Notes: generated from the sequence alone by a model not told the origin. A stretch of DNA of 62,408 nt, filler included, from Sluysia triapertura (GCA_046118255.1; 5 parts of 5 records of this genome joined end to end with filler, not necessarily neighbours in it), one strand, 5' to 3'; positions 36,770-50,208 are shown, counted from the whole stretch's first letter. Numbers and translations are program-made.

Positions 36770-38487
36770 CAGTCAACCCTGTTCAATATGAATCCTGCTT
36801 AATGTGAACAGAGTTTAATATGAACATTTAAGGTAAACATTATTGAAACCATATTGTTTTCATGGAAAATTGAGTTATAATATGAACACATTGTTTATTT
36901 TGAACAATGAACAATAATTAGTGTAAAATAAATTAATAATTTCTCCATTTTTTTGTTTAAATATTCATTATAACTGTCTTATATGAACATGAAAAATACA
37001 ATTCCAAATCGAAAGAGATCGGATTTAATCATCGAAGAAAAACAAAAATTGTTAAAATTATTTGTTGAAGATAAAGGTTGTCGTCACTCCTTTCTTTCAT
37101 CAAAATACGATCTTTCATTAGGTTGTATAAATAATCTTATGAAATCTAGAGACTCCATTTTGAAGTCAAACTTGAATACCAAACGTAGTAGATATCAAGT
37201 TAATGCCATCCTGTATCCATGGTTCCAGATTCAGAGAATAAGAAGTATCAGTATCATTGGTGATATATTGTAATAGAAGGCATTAGAATTAGCACAGCAC
37301 TTAGGAAATCATGATTTTAAAGCATCAAACGGTTGACTTAATTCTTTTCTTTTCAGGCATATGACATCGTTCAAAATAATTATTGGGTAATCAATTTTAA
37401 GGAATTGTATATGTCAAATTTAAAAGAATATGAAGATAGAAATGTTTATAATTGTGACGAAACCGGACGATTCTGGAAATATTCATTAAACAGAACATAT
37501 ACAACTTCTAAAGAGGATAAAGCAAATGGTAAGTTTTCTAAAGATCGAATTACTATACTCTTGGAAGTAAATATGCTAGAAGAAAAGTTAAAGCATTTAG
37601 TGACAGGCAGATCGGAGAAACTTCGTTATTTTAAAGATTTCTATAAAGAAAAACTACCTATTTAGTATCGTTGGAATACAAAGTCTTGGATGACGTTAAC
37701 AATATTTCAAGATTTGTTAAAAGATTCGAACACTATAATGAAAACAGACAAGCGGAAGATTTTATTATTGTTAGAAAACGCACCTATTCACCCAAAAGAC
37801 ATCGAATTATTATTATCAAAATACGTCACGTCTTATTCAACCTCTTCACCAAGGTATTATAAAAGTTTTAAAGACTATTTATTATAAGAAGTTTTTGAGC
37901 ATATTAATGAATTTTAATTTAGATAATAATGTTACACAAGAGATATGATTTGTATCAAGTAATGGTTTGGATTTCGAAAGTATGGAATAATGTAAAACCA
38001 GTTTTACAAAGTCTTTCGAAAATGCGCATGTTAAATAAGTGAATGCTGAATGTGATGATTTTCCATGTTTTGAGGTTAATCCAAAATTTGATGAACATCT
38101 CTTATTTGATCTAGTAGAGAATTTTTTTTAAAAGAAAGTTCTCAGAGAGGAAAAAATGATAATTCTGTTGTGGAAGTAGAAGATGCATTAATGACAGGAT
38201 ACGAAGCCTACGAGTATGCAAAGAAAACTTGAAAAATACTAATATTCCTGTTAAGATGAACAAAATATGGGATCCGAAAGATGAAATTCAAGGAGAAAAA
38301 GATTCTAGGCAATTAAAATTCACGGACTTTATTAGATAACTTAAAAAAATTCTAATAAATAGGTATAATAAATACAATTTTTCTGGAAATCTTTGTTATT
38401 GTTATGTTAATAGGTGTTCATATTATTTTTAATATGAAAATTTGAAAAAATTTGTAAGCTAGTGTTCATATTGAACAAAGTTGACTG
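36770..38487 (+). mobile_element. Decayed pogo/Tigger DNA transposon (second family)
   Basis: TIRs CAGTCAACCCTGTTCAATATGAA and CAGTCAACTTTGTTCAATATGAA; repeated subterminal AATATGAACA. Broken transposase with RKRSDL..EEK, FKASNG, YNCDETG, KFSKDRIT and RKILLLLENAPIHP. Confidence 0.92.
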
Positions 38488-39590
38488 AATTTGAAGCAAA
38501 TTAAAATCTCACAAATAAAAAATCTCACATTGAAAAAATCTCTAATTTTGAACCAAGATTTACCGAGGTTTTTACTGGTACAATATTCGTCAAAATTCAG
38601 TCCAATTTCGGTCCCATGTTTGATGATAAATAATCCAGTCTGATAAAAATATAATAATCTTATATTAATATATTAATATTATTTTAATGCAAAGTTATTT
38701 TTTATCATTTTATCATTAACTTAAATCCAATTTTTTAAAACTGAATAATATATTCAAAGAAAATGATGTCTCTGATGTCATTGCTAATAACATAAGTGAC
38801 TTGGAAACAATTATTTTTAGAAAAAATTATTTTAATAATTTGTTTCTTGGCAAAAAGTTATAATTAGATTAACAATGTGTAGATTTTTTTAAGTATTTAT
38901 GTACATTTATTTTTATTACATATTAATAATATTATCTTCTGAAATATTTTAACATTTTGTTTTATTAAGCCTTTTTTATGTAAAATGAAAATTTCGCTTA
39001 CCAAATTTAAAATTTCAATTGGAGTTTTGCTCAAAATGTTTCATTTTAACAAATTCCATAAAGCGAACTTCTAAATCTAACTTGATTATTTTTGATACGC
39101 AATATAAATTCGAGTTATAACTCATATTTTTGCCTCTAAATTAAAATTCAGTCTAACTTCCATAAGTTGAACTTCATATTTGACATTTTCTTAATACTTA
39201 GACCATTTAGTAATAAATTATGTGAGTTTATATGTTCTGCGTGTCTAAATGAAATCAGATATTTATAACATAGATAAGCGACATCTGTTCCCGGAGCAAT
39301 TCATCAGATCGCTTATTGACGATTAAAAAAGATTCGAAATTTAGCAGTGGTTTTTATGTAATTTGGATAATATTCAAGAACAAAACGAAAACGATCTTAA
39401 ATGTTGCAAAGACATTATAACATGATATTGAAATCAAAATTTTTCATCGAGTTTTGCCTTACTAACCTGAAGAATATATTAACCTTACTAATTAGTATTC
39501 TCAAAATTGAAAATAAAAAAATTACTTGTGATTTAGCTGTAGTCAGAAACGAGTTAAAATTAATATTAATATTAATGATCTAAAATTAAC

Positions 39591-40066
39591 TATGATGCTC
39601 AATGCTCCCTCTTTTCTAACCGGTCCGATGTTCCTGTTCATACATCAAACGTCAACGGCCTGACTTACTCTTTTCGTACAATAATTGATACTTTCCAGAC
39701 TTATTCAGATATTCATAAGAAAAACTCTCTTAAATATTCACCATTCTCCCAACATCTTAGCAAAATAGTCAGGAGTAAGGTCAAAATTTTCACCTTAATT
39801 TTTCCGGTATTGGCACAATGAATCCTGATAACATTAGTATTCTTAAAGCTTTTAAATCGGTAATAAACAAATTGTTTGTTGAAATTTCTACTAGAATGCT
39901 GAAGGTGTTTTATCGGATTTATATAAATCATATTCTTTCCCGGTACCCGGATATCAGTCAGCCAAAACTTGCTATGCCTGCTGACCCAACTCCTGCTCCA
40001 GACCATGTTCCAGTTATTCCTGCAAATCCTACTCTGGCCAATGATAACAAACATCATTCTTTCTGA
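39591..40066 (+). pseudogene. C-rich ORF with one frameshift, unknown family
   Basis: About 76 open codons (YDAQCSLFSNRSDVPVHTSNVNG..) then a shift into ORF 39818..40066 with a Pro-rich tail; GC visibly higher than the flanks. Confidence 0.3.
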
Positions 40067-40154
40067 AAGAAAATCAAAGACGCATTTGGTTTTTAAAAAA
40101 GTTATTTTACGCTGCCTTCGGGCGAAGACTTTAAAATTTAATAATTAATACATT

Positions 40155-40158
<4 letters not shown>

Positions 40159-40195
<37 letters not shown>

Positions 40196-40235
40196 TACTA
40201 TTACTATTACTATTACTATTACTATTACTATTACT
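40159..40235. repeat. Compound (TTA)n/(TATTAC)n microsatellite at contig end
   Basis: Directly visible tandem runs. Confidence 0.93.
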
Positions 40236-40335
40236 NNNNNNNNNNNNNNNNNNNNNNNNNNNNNNNNNNNNNNNNNNNNTTAATTAATTAANNNNNNNNN
40301 NNNNNNNNNNNNNNNNNNNNNNNNNNNNNNNNNNN
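40236..40335. other. Assembly gap with six-frame-stop linker
   Basis: N44-TTAATTAATTAA-N44. Confidence 0.98.
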
Positions 40336-43300
40336 TAATTATTCTGATATTTTTCGTAGCTACTGTTAGTAGTTATCAAGATGATTTTGAGCGAACAGGT
40401 TTTTATTAATTAATTTTATTATTATTGCTATTATTATTTTATATACTGATAATCATAATTAGAATATATATATATATATATGATTTAAAATATGATAATT
40501 TATTTTTACGAATTACATTTATTAGTTAATTTTAAATTTCAATTTTATAAATGACAACGAAATCTAATAAAAAAAACTTATTTAAAATAGATTTAAACAT
40601 GTAATATCTACAAATACTACATTTAAAACAAAATGTAACTTGGATTTTTAAACACTAGACCATAAACAAACCCATTCATTTATCATTGAAAAATCCCTAA
40701 AATGTGATAGAAACAAACAAATAGCTGCAATGTTTCAGTTAACTGACAAAATGTAAACTAACTTTTTATCGATCAATAATTCTAATTCCAAATGATGCAA
40801 TAGCTCATTTATTGATTATGGATGATAACTGTCAAAAAATAAGCAATGATACAAACATAACACTACTACCTCATTGGTCGATCGAAATTTGACATAATAT
40901 TCTTATAATAATAGATTTTATGTTCTTATCGATAGATGATTGTATATATCTGAAAATGTCAACACTACTAAAATAAGTAACACTATATATAAAATGTTAA
41001 ATGTCAAATTAATAATAAAATAAGACTCAAAAACAAGCATGAATTAATTTCAAAATGAATCATCAATAATGTTGAAATGAGTTGAAAAATTGAAGATATC
41101 CGAGAAATATATATGAAAATATATGAAAAGAGTTCCTTAAATTTGTTTTGACGATATTTTTCATGGAATTTATAAAAATTATATCGTGACATAATGAATT
41201 AAAATTGAATAAAATATATTTGTGATTATCTTCATTATTCTCGATTATTATTTTTGTGGCTTTTTTAGAAATAAGTTAGATATATTTCTAACTTACACGA
41301 AGTTCTTTCTTGAATAATGATTATTTTTTGTACATTTGATATTACTTTTCTCATTATTTAGAACTAAAACGACCTTACAATGGCAAAAGAAGTTTTGGGT
41401 TACATCATCCATTTATGTTTTGGCATCCGTTATACAATTTGAATACAGCTTATAAAAAGCGCATTTATTATGGCTGATAATTAATCAATTAATACCTATT
41501 TAATAATGAATTTATTTTTGTTTTATTGAAATTCTTTTAGCGTCGCAATTACACACTGTTAAAAATAGTATGTAATAAATGGCTAATAAAATTCCGTGTT
41601 TCTTACAAAACTATATTTAATGAAAGTTCATTGCGATAACATTTATTGAAATTAATAATTAATAAATATTGATCAAAATTAACAAGTAATGGCAATTCTT
41701 TGGAAATTTCTATTAATTGAATTAGACTAATGGAGAAGACAAAATAATAAAGACAAACTAAAAGAGATTTATTAAATATGCAATCGGAGTTAAATTTGAC
41801 TGCTTCTAAAGAAATGTATGTCATCATTATATTAAACATAAGTTTATTGAAATACTGATTCACCCCTGCACATACTAATAATGCTAAAATCATGATTAAC
41901 TAAAAAAGAAATAAGAATTAGAATTAAAAGATCGTACTTGGAATATAGAATACGATGTTCTTCTATTTTTGAATTCAGACCATGTTTTATAACATGTGGC
42001 GAATGATAGATTATAATATGGCCATATAGCAAATAAATGTCTTTTGTATCGACTGTACCGCCTTGATGTCTATAAGTTTCATTAACGGATAGATATGTTG
42101 ATTGTATCAATAGTTTCCTGACTTAATGACCATTCTTATAATAATAGGTTGTAGTGTAGCCATTTAGTGAATAGAGCATCAATTGTGTCAATTGCAATGT
42201 CTTGTTGTCTATATACATCTCATTAATAAAAATTATATAACCATATTTCGGATAGACATGTTGATTGTATCAATAGTTTCATGATTTGATGAACATTTCT
42301 CCAATAATAATGCATATATCTGGTCTTTCCACTAATTTAGCATCATTTCTAAAAGGTCCGTCGACATTAACTTCCAACAATAATTAAAAATCTGTTTCAG
42401 TTATAGTTCGTAGTTGGTAAAATATTTGAAATAATCAATAATTGTTTTTTTTATTTAACTTCATTGATGAAATAAATAATGAAAACTGATTTTTACATAT
42501 CATAAACGGAATCATTAAATTTTTAAAAATTCAAAGAAAACGTTTTTTTTAAATTTTAACTAAAATTTGTGTTTTTAATCAACTCCAAACCAATTAATTT
42601 TTTCGTACTTAAATTAAAACTTCAGTGGCTGTCAAAAATAACAAAATCTGGACCTGTGTGCATCGATTAAAAACTTACCAGCAACTGAAATATACAATAA
42701 CTACTTTGATTAATTTCACATGGTGAATCAGCCTTTAAATAAACACTTCTTCAACACCTCAGCAATGCGCATAACAAATATCAATCTTGTGATATTACTT
42801 ATTTAATTTTAACTATTCTGCTCAATATTGCACACTATTATTTACCGGGAATCAGAAGGTTAATTTATAAATTAAAATTTCACAATCCACTTTATTTTAA
42901 TTCGTGTTATATAAATATATTAAAATTTTAATAATTTTTTACAATCACGTCATAATTAATAATATTTAATAACATATTTTTTAATTTAATCAATAATAGA
43001 ATTTTTTAAATAAAATAAATAACGTACTTTTTATAAGAATCCAAAGTTTTAAATAAAAGTTTTTTCAATTAAATATACATAAATACATTCCAATAAAAGT
43101 TTCAAATAAAAGTGTTTCAATTAAATATAAATAAATACATAAATTATACACGAATTGAAGTTCCAATATATTTGAATGTGCACAAATGTATTAAAGTTCA
43201 GATGTCTGTCATATCTTCACAATACTATAATGATGAATAATGAGTTTACATTTTGAATTTATTTTTTCAAAAATAATTATACTTTTGATACTCATTTTTG

Positions 43301-43507
43301 TACAACATAAGTTGATTCTATTTATTAAATGTATTATATTGACACATTTTTGTAAGTAGATCAAATTTTGTTTTTTAGATGTTTTTTCAAATTTATAAAG
43401 CCACATTAATACAATCGGGTGATATTTGCAACTTTATTAGAATTTAAAATATGAAATACAAACAATTGTTTATTCCACAATAAACATTGAAAATATATTA
43501 TTATTAG

Positions 43508-43983
43508 TAAGTAATTGTCATAAGTTCGTGCGGCTTTTTACAATTATGAAAAATGCATACTGATCAAGAATAAAAACCAAGCAAAAAAATCCAGATAACA
43601 AAATGAATTTATCAAATCATTAGAAAAAACAAATGTCGGTGAGATATTCTCCGCTAAAATCGATTACTTCCTTCCACCGTTCTGGCAGTTTGTCAATCCC
43701 ATGTTTGAAGATTTTTGGTTGAGAAATTCTTCAAGCCACGTTGTTATTGCTTCTTCGTTTTCAAATGTGAGACCAGAAAGATTGTTCGACATGGAACAGA
43801 AAAGAAGTAGATGCCGGAAATGTTCATTTTTATCTACCTGACTCTCCATTTTAATGAAAATGATCTAAAATGATTTAAATAGATAATTCAGCTGAATGAA
43901 TATAACTCAAATCAGTTAAAACAAGAAGTTGGTGTGTTTTCTTTGCAACAATTAAAACCGCACGAATTTATGCACCAACCTAA
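43508..43983 (-). mobile_element. Internally deleted non-autonomous mariner, copy 2
   Basis: TIR TTAGGTTGGTGCATAAATTCGTGCGGTTTT with TA at 43984-85, and a degenerate partner CATAAGTTCGTGCGG at the other end. Encodes MESQVDKNEHFRHLLLF fused to the transposase C-terminus. Confidence 0.9.
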
Positions 43984-44428
43984 TAGTTATGAGTGGTTAA
44001 AAGAAAGAAACATTTTGATTTGTCAATATTTGTCAATCAATTGAGCAGCACTTATTAGTGGCTAGAAATTTGCTTTGTCTCGTATCTTAGGTAAGCTAAA
44101 ATAAAGTTTTATTTGATCCAGTTATTTAATAAATTGATAAATGGAAATCATGATGTCAGTAATAGATGTTCCTGCTTTTTTAATTTATACCATTCTACTT
44201 TCAGTTATGGTTAAAGTTCAGCGCGTTTGTAAAATCCCACAACAGTCTTTAAATATTTACATATTTTTGTGCATTTTCACATAAAAACAAATATGAACGT
44301 TATAAGCGTTTAAAAATAGTTAACATACTTTTATTTTATTACATTTATTTAATTTTTATTTATTACAAAATCAAAACAAAATTATACGAAAATTATAATA
44401 CCTAGATGCACTTAATATATCTTATTAA

Positions 44429-44555
44429 CACTTAAAGTGCCAACTATTTTACGTAATTTGAAGACATGCATTTTTTTATCAAATTTTCACACATTTTTAA
44501 TAAACTTTATTAAATCTACAAAGCCCGTGTTAATGCAGAGCTGGCACTTTAAACG
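44429..44555. mobile_element. 127-bp TTAA-flanked MITE
   Basis: TTAA-CACTTAAAGTGCCAAC...GCTGGCACTTTAAACG-TTAA, an imperfect TIR. Confidence 0.6.
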
Positions 44556-44697
44556 TTAATAGAAGATGTTAAGAATTTGCAAAACATGATGACGATATGG
44601 AATGGTGAAATTTGAAATGAAACTTAAATTTTCCATATATATGTATTAATTAAAATACTTATTTTTATATACTTATTTTTATAAGTAAATAAAAAAA

Positions 44698-45057
44698 TTA
44701 AAAATGTTCCCATCTGTCATTATTATACGTTTCTAAGCACATAAATAAACTAATTAAAAAAACCGTTATTAAAATCATTGATGCTACAAATTCTTCGGTA
44801 GTTAATTTAAGATGAGACTGATAAACCAATTTACAACAAAGATTTCGTTGGATTTCTGTTAATTGTATTATACAACACTGATTGTCAATTTCAGTACAAC
44901 AATAATCAAAATACGTTTTATTTAAATTACCAAAGCAATGAAAACAAAATTGAATAAATTTTTCATATTTTGATATTAAAAATATAGGAGTTGCTGTAGT
45001 TAGTAATTGTTGATTGAATGTTGAATAAAGAAGTAGCAATGATATCAAATCATACAT
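44698..45057 (-). CDS. Small Cys-rich single-pass membrane protein (hypothetical)
   Basis: Intact 119 aa: hydrophobic N-terminus, CxxC..CC-x6-CC-x11-CC ectodomain, TM segment FVASMILITVFLISLFMCL and a short tail. Confidence 0.55.
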   Translation of the reverse strand: MYDLISLLLLYSTFNQQLLTTATPIFLISKYEKFIQFCFHCFGNLNKTYFDYCCTEIDNQCCIIQLTEIQRNLCCKLVYQSHLKLTTEEFVASMILITVFLISLFMCLETYNNDRWEHF

Positions 45058-45216
45058 AATACATTCTGTTATTTTTAATCAATATTTATTTAAATTCATA
45101 GTAAATAAAAAATTAAATAAAATATCGCCTGGAAAAATGATATTACTACATTTTTCAAATAATAATGAATAATACATGATAAATAAAAAATAATTTACAC
45201 GATTCTATAACCGAAA

Positions 45217-45846
45217 TTAAATTTTTGATTTTCTAGTAATATTTGGTGAATTTCTTGCCAATAATTCTGTCATCTTGTTTATTAATCGACTTGGTACTTT
45301 ATCTTTAGGTAAAACATATTTGCAAGTTGTACTATCACTTAAGACTGATACTTCCATATGATCTTTTACATCACTTTTACTATGTCGTAATTTGCGGTTA
45401 AAATTTCGATTTTGTGATGGTTTCTTAGTCTTGTTTTGAAATGAATTAAATTCTTCACATAAATTTAGTTCCTTCGTTTTATTTCTATATGTAGATAGAA
45501 TATAATTATTTTCCAAATTATTTACATCAATTTCGTTAGCAACATCTTTTTGTTCCAAATTAATATCACCACGTGAATTAATTGAATATTTTTGTAATTT
45601 TCGATTATTCAATAAATTGTCCAGTTTCAAAAGATGCTTTTGTTGTTTATTTATATAAATTATCTTAAGGTCTGGATTCTCTTGTTTATCTTCACCAAGT
45701 AAATTTAACCTTCCTCTAATGTTTACACGATATCGTATAGCAGATTCGTTTATAAGATCTGTCAGTTTCTGGTAGTCAGGGCAACACGACGGTTTTAATG
45801 TTTTTAAATAATCATATATTTCAGTAAACTCAACTGGTAAATATTT
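45217..45846 (-). CDS. CK1-superfamily (tau-tubulin kinase-like) protein kinase, terminal exon
   Basis: TTTAG|KYLPVEFTEIYDYLKTLKPSCCPDYQKLTDLINES matches the TTBK/CK1 C-lobe KHLPxEF..L.Y..PDYQ. Open for 209 codons to the stop, extending ORF 45217..45630 upstream. Confidence 0.72.
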   Translation of the reverse strand, partial: KYLPVEFTEIYDYLKTLKPSCCPDYQKLTDLINESAIRYRVNIRGRLNLLGEDKQENPDLKIIYINKQQKHLLKLDNLLNNRKLQKYSINSRGDINLEQKDVANEIDVNNLENNYILSTYRNKTKELNLCEEFNSFQNKTKKPSQNRNFNRKLRHSKSDVKDHMEVSVLSDSTTCKYVLPKDKVPSRLINKMTELLARNSPNITRKSKI

Positions 45847-48800
45847 CTAAATATTTAATCACCTTTATTATTGTAAAAATTAAAAATAATTTAAGTTTCT
45901 GTATCCTCAGTTGCTTCCAAAAAGAAAGGAAATACTACAAGAAATACATTTAACTTTAGAAAATAAAGGAAAAAATTAAGTTATTGCAGAGTGAAAAATA
46001 TGTGATGATAAAATTATACTAGGACATTGGACAAATCTTGTATTTATTTGGTGGAAATATTGTTTGTGGTAAGGAAATGGTGAGAAAATTTACTTATCGA
46101 ATAGTTTAATTACATTTATGACTTAATCAAAAAGTTTATTTACATCAATTATACTAAATGTGACGAAGTACAATGTTTAAATAAAGTTAACAAAAGTACT
46201 AAAATATTTAAAATCTATTTACACTAAATAGTTACGTTTAGTCTTTATTTTATCCATATCTATATCTTATTATTCTATCTCTCAATAAATTTAGCACAAT
46301 GATTTAAATTTTGGTGATGAATATAGTAAATTTAAAATGGAAACTTTCACACTTCCATTTCTAAGAGAGACGAGTTAAAAGAACTTACAATGTAATATAG
46401 TAAATTTAATTTACATTGAGATTTAAAAGTTATTTGACGTCATTTGGGTTTGAAATTAGAATTTATAAAGTTTTAAAATAATTTCGATTTTAATAATTTT
46501 AATAATTTCGATTTTAATAGTTGACAGACACATAAAATCGACATTTAATTTAATACAATTTTAACTCTGCGAATGTTTTATATATATTGCAAAATAATGT
46601 GTAAATTTCTTTTACAGAGATTGAAAAACAACCATAAACTATGAATTTATGATTGTGTTGCTATATTATATTGAAGTTTAGTTAGTTTGTGACTTAAATT
46701 CATCAGGAAATGATAACGAAATTTCAATTTCAAAAAAGGCAAACAATTCGGATACATTGTGAATATTGAAAAATAATTCATTTGTTGAAGAATTGATGAA
46801 AAACCGTCAACCATAATAAAATAAGAATGATTATTAATATGTACACAAAAAGTAATATATTACTGGAAGATTTTGACCATATTATGATATTGAGAGAGTT
46901 TATTTAAATAGGAATTTTCTTGATTCAAATATATTTATCTGTCTATTTGTCCTACTACTATTATTATTGTGGTGGCTTCGCTGTTACGTATAAGGGCATT
47001 ACTCCCTTTTTGATTTTAAAAAATCTAATTTTGAAGAAAATAATTTTATAATAATGTTGAGGGTTTGAATCCACATTTTGAATTTGAAATATAATTTTGA
47101 AAAGTTGAAATTTTATTTTGAATATGTGAAACTTCATTTTCGAGTCTTTTCTCTTTTTTCACTTCTACAAAATAAATATAAAGTTTAATTGATCGGTTCA
47201 TCTCTACAGAAAGCACTCCTATAAGATTATAGTTAGTGATAAGGTTTTGTCCGTACAGTTATCTTTCGTTATCTTGTAGTTTTAATTGAAACTTTTTTGA
47301 AATCAATAACTTCTGTATATTCAATATATTCTGTATGATTCTAATCCTTAATTCTATGCATATACGTTTTATTCTTTTTTTTCTATTTATTCGCTTTGTG
47401 ATTACTTTGTCTCAGCTACAAATTTCTAGTTATTCTTTACTTAGTTATGATAGATGCTCAATGCTTCGGGTTTTTAAATCTATTAGCTTTTACGTTTACC
47501 TTTCTAATGATTTGCGTTGCTTAAGGTAGGTTATAAGAAAAGTTTATTAAAAATGACAATTAAAACTCAAACTCCGAAAAGTTTATTAATTAAACGTTTA
47601 ATTAACAAAATATTACCAATAAAATAAATAGAATGAATAATTATTCTGCTATATTAAGTCGAACTTAATGTAAGTTTAAATATTGAATTATATTTTAAAG
47701 ATAAAAACTGTAATGAAATTATATTTAAGTATTATTTCAATCAAAGAAAAAATCTTATCTAATATGAACTTACAAAGTCTTGGAGAATTTATAATCTTGA
47801 GACGTTAGATGAAACCAAATGATAGCTGGAAGTTGAACCTAAAGCCAATTATACCTAGAATTGTATCTGGTTTAATTAAGTACTACGCAATTTGTTGTTT
47901 ACAATCTTGTTATTTGAAGAAATGAATGTTTACATTTTAGTTTGACAATATAAATTTACTTAATTCGAGAAAATGAACGTTTACGCTAATGTTCTTTAAT
48001 TGAGTGATATAAATAAACTTTTAATTAACTTTGCTGTTTTTGTGTTATATCAAGCAAACTCGTTACGTTTTTAATTACCTTCTTAATTATTGCATTAGTA
48101 AAAATAATGCTACTATATAAATATAGAAATTATAACGTGGGCGGTTTATGGTTTATAAAACTGTGGATATTGCGCCCTAAAATATTGAAATTTAATATTG
48201 TTGGGCATTATAGTAATTATTATTAAAATTATTACAATAATTAATTATTGTTATTGTCAAGGAGACGTCACGCCTAATCAAAATAATTATAATTATAATT
48301 CAATAAAGAAAATAATTAATTAGACGCGACTTTTCTATTAATTTAGTATAATAGGTTAAATAATCAATTGTTTTTATTAGACATAATGTCTTCAGTAAAA
48401 AATTAAATAATTAAAAGGTTCCGTGATAATTCTGTAAAAGAACTAAAATAAATAGAACAGTTTTTACTACACAAGAAAGAGAATACTAGAATTACGCAGA
48501 TGAATTATAAATTATTTTGTACAATTACTGAATCATAATTTCTTATCCACATCAGTTTGTCTACCATTACTGGAGTTCAGGCATAGTAATTTTCTGACGC
48601 AGCACGTTTAAACAAAAAGATAGATTGCTTAAGTTATTTTTACGCAAGTTTCTCCCTCATATAAGTTAAGGGTTAAAATCCATAAAAATATAATTTCTAT
48701 TTTCACGGTTCGAATAATTCCAGCCTCAAAATTATTTTTAAACTTAAACAAATAATTAAGGTATATATATAGTTACAACATTTTATATGTAATCGATTGA

Positions 48801-49190
48801 ATTTCTTGCACCCATCTATATTAAGTGTTTTTGTTTATCACTATAATCAAATCTTTATATCCTACCTACGGGAAGACGCAGCTACATGATTTTTTTATAA
48901 TTTACTTTCTTTACAAATTGTAATCAAAACATTACGATAGAAATTATGTTCCATTAACGATTTTATGAGAAAAATTAAATTAAACTTCTTGAAATCTAAT
49001 AAAAATTGAATATAACAACTAAAACTATTTATTTTGTTAGAGTTAATACAAAAAAATAACATCTTTATAAATTGTTTTGTCATTTTCTGATTATGCCACT
49101 ACTAGGACTCATATTTCTTTATAAAAAATAAAAGAATAAAAAATGATTTAAGTCAATAAAATTTGAAAAAAGATATATAATTATTACCGT

Positions 49191-50208
49191 CTAACTTTGT
49201 ATCACTGAATCATACGGGACTTCAGTACAACCATCACTGGTAATATTGTCAGCAATAATTGATAGGTTTTGTAAATCAAGTACGATTCCCAAAGTTGATA
49301 AGATAGATTCCATTCTATCATTGGAGTTAGTTAGTTTTGAATTCATAAAATTTGTGCCAATGTCGACAATTCTTTCCGTATCTGTAGCATTCGGCAGTTT
49401 GGGTTGTTTTATATAAACAAAGACGCATCTTGTAATTATTATCTTCGATAGCATTATTTTGTGGACTAGTATGCAAGGGTTTGTTACCGTTGTAGAAAAA
49501 CTTAAAATAGCTACCTTTTAATCTTTCATTCGACACTTTGGTCCTTAATGATGCTACTTTATTTGTCATGACAAATGAATCGACATCTATTCTATTTGTA
49601 ATAACTAATTTGTGAAACGCTAGAAAACCTGATCATCAACTGTTATAATTAATCTATGAATACTTTTTTTTTCTTTGCCGTTTTACATTTCAAAGAACAA
49701 ACTTGATTTAAAACTGCCAATATGACTTTCTTGTTATTTTTACAGATCATAATAAATTCTTTAGTCTGAGATGTATACATTCGTTCAATCAAACTCTTGC
49801 ACTAATATTTTGCACTTGCACTAATCTAACATAAATTTCATTAATTTCACAATTCAAAAAGTTTATAACTTTCGGTGATACTTTAAGTAATTCATGAAAC
49901 ATACTAGGTAAAACTAATTTTTCATTTGTAGTTAAACTTAGCTTAACAATTTTTATATTTACTGGATAATTATTCTGGTCTTTAAAATATTGTAATAACT
50001 GACATCCATCTTCAAATTTACCATATTTTATTTGCTTGGGGTTGACAGAATCAACAACGTAACCAATTTTTAAATTATCTTTCAGACCAAAGTCGAGTAA
50101 TCTATTTCTATCAACATATTTGAATAACATATACAATGAAAAACTAAATGTCTTTTCTATATTCATTGTTGAAAAGCAATGATCATAATAACATTGTAAA
50201 TCACTCAA
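49191..50208 (-). pseudogene. Decayed intronless gene, unknown family
   Basis: Abutting open segments on the minus strand (49789..50208, an intermediate segment, 49327..49569, 49191..49454) linked by frameshifts rather than introns. Confidence 0.45.

Noticed and set aside
43053-43140. ~53-bp-period AT-rich tandem duplication (similar ones at 24630-24685 and 46478-46519)
   Set aside because: Ordinary slippage duplications in low-complexity DNA.
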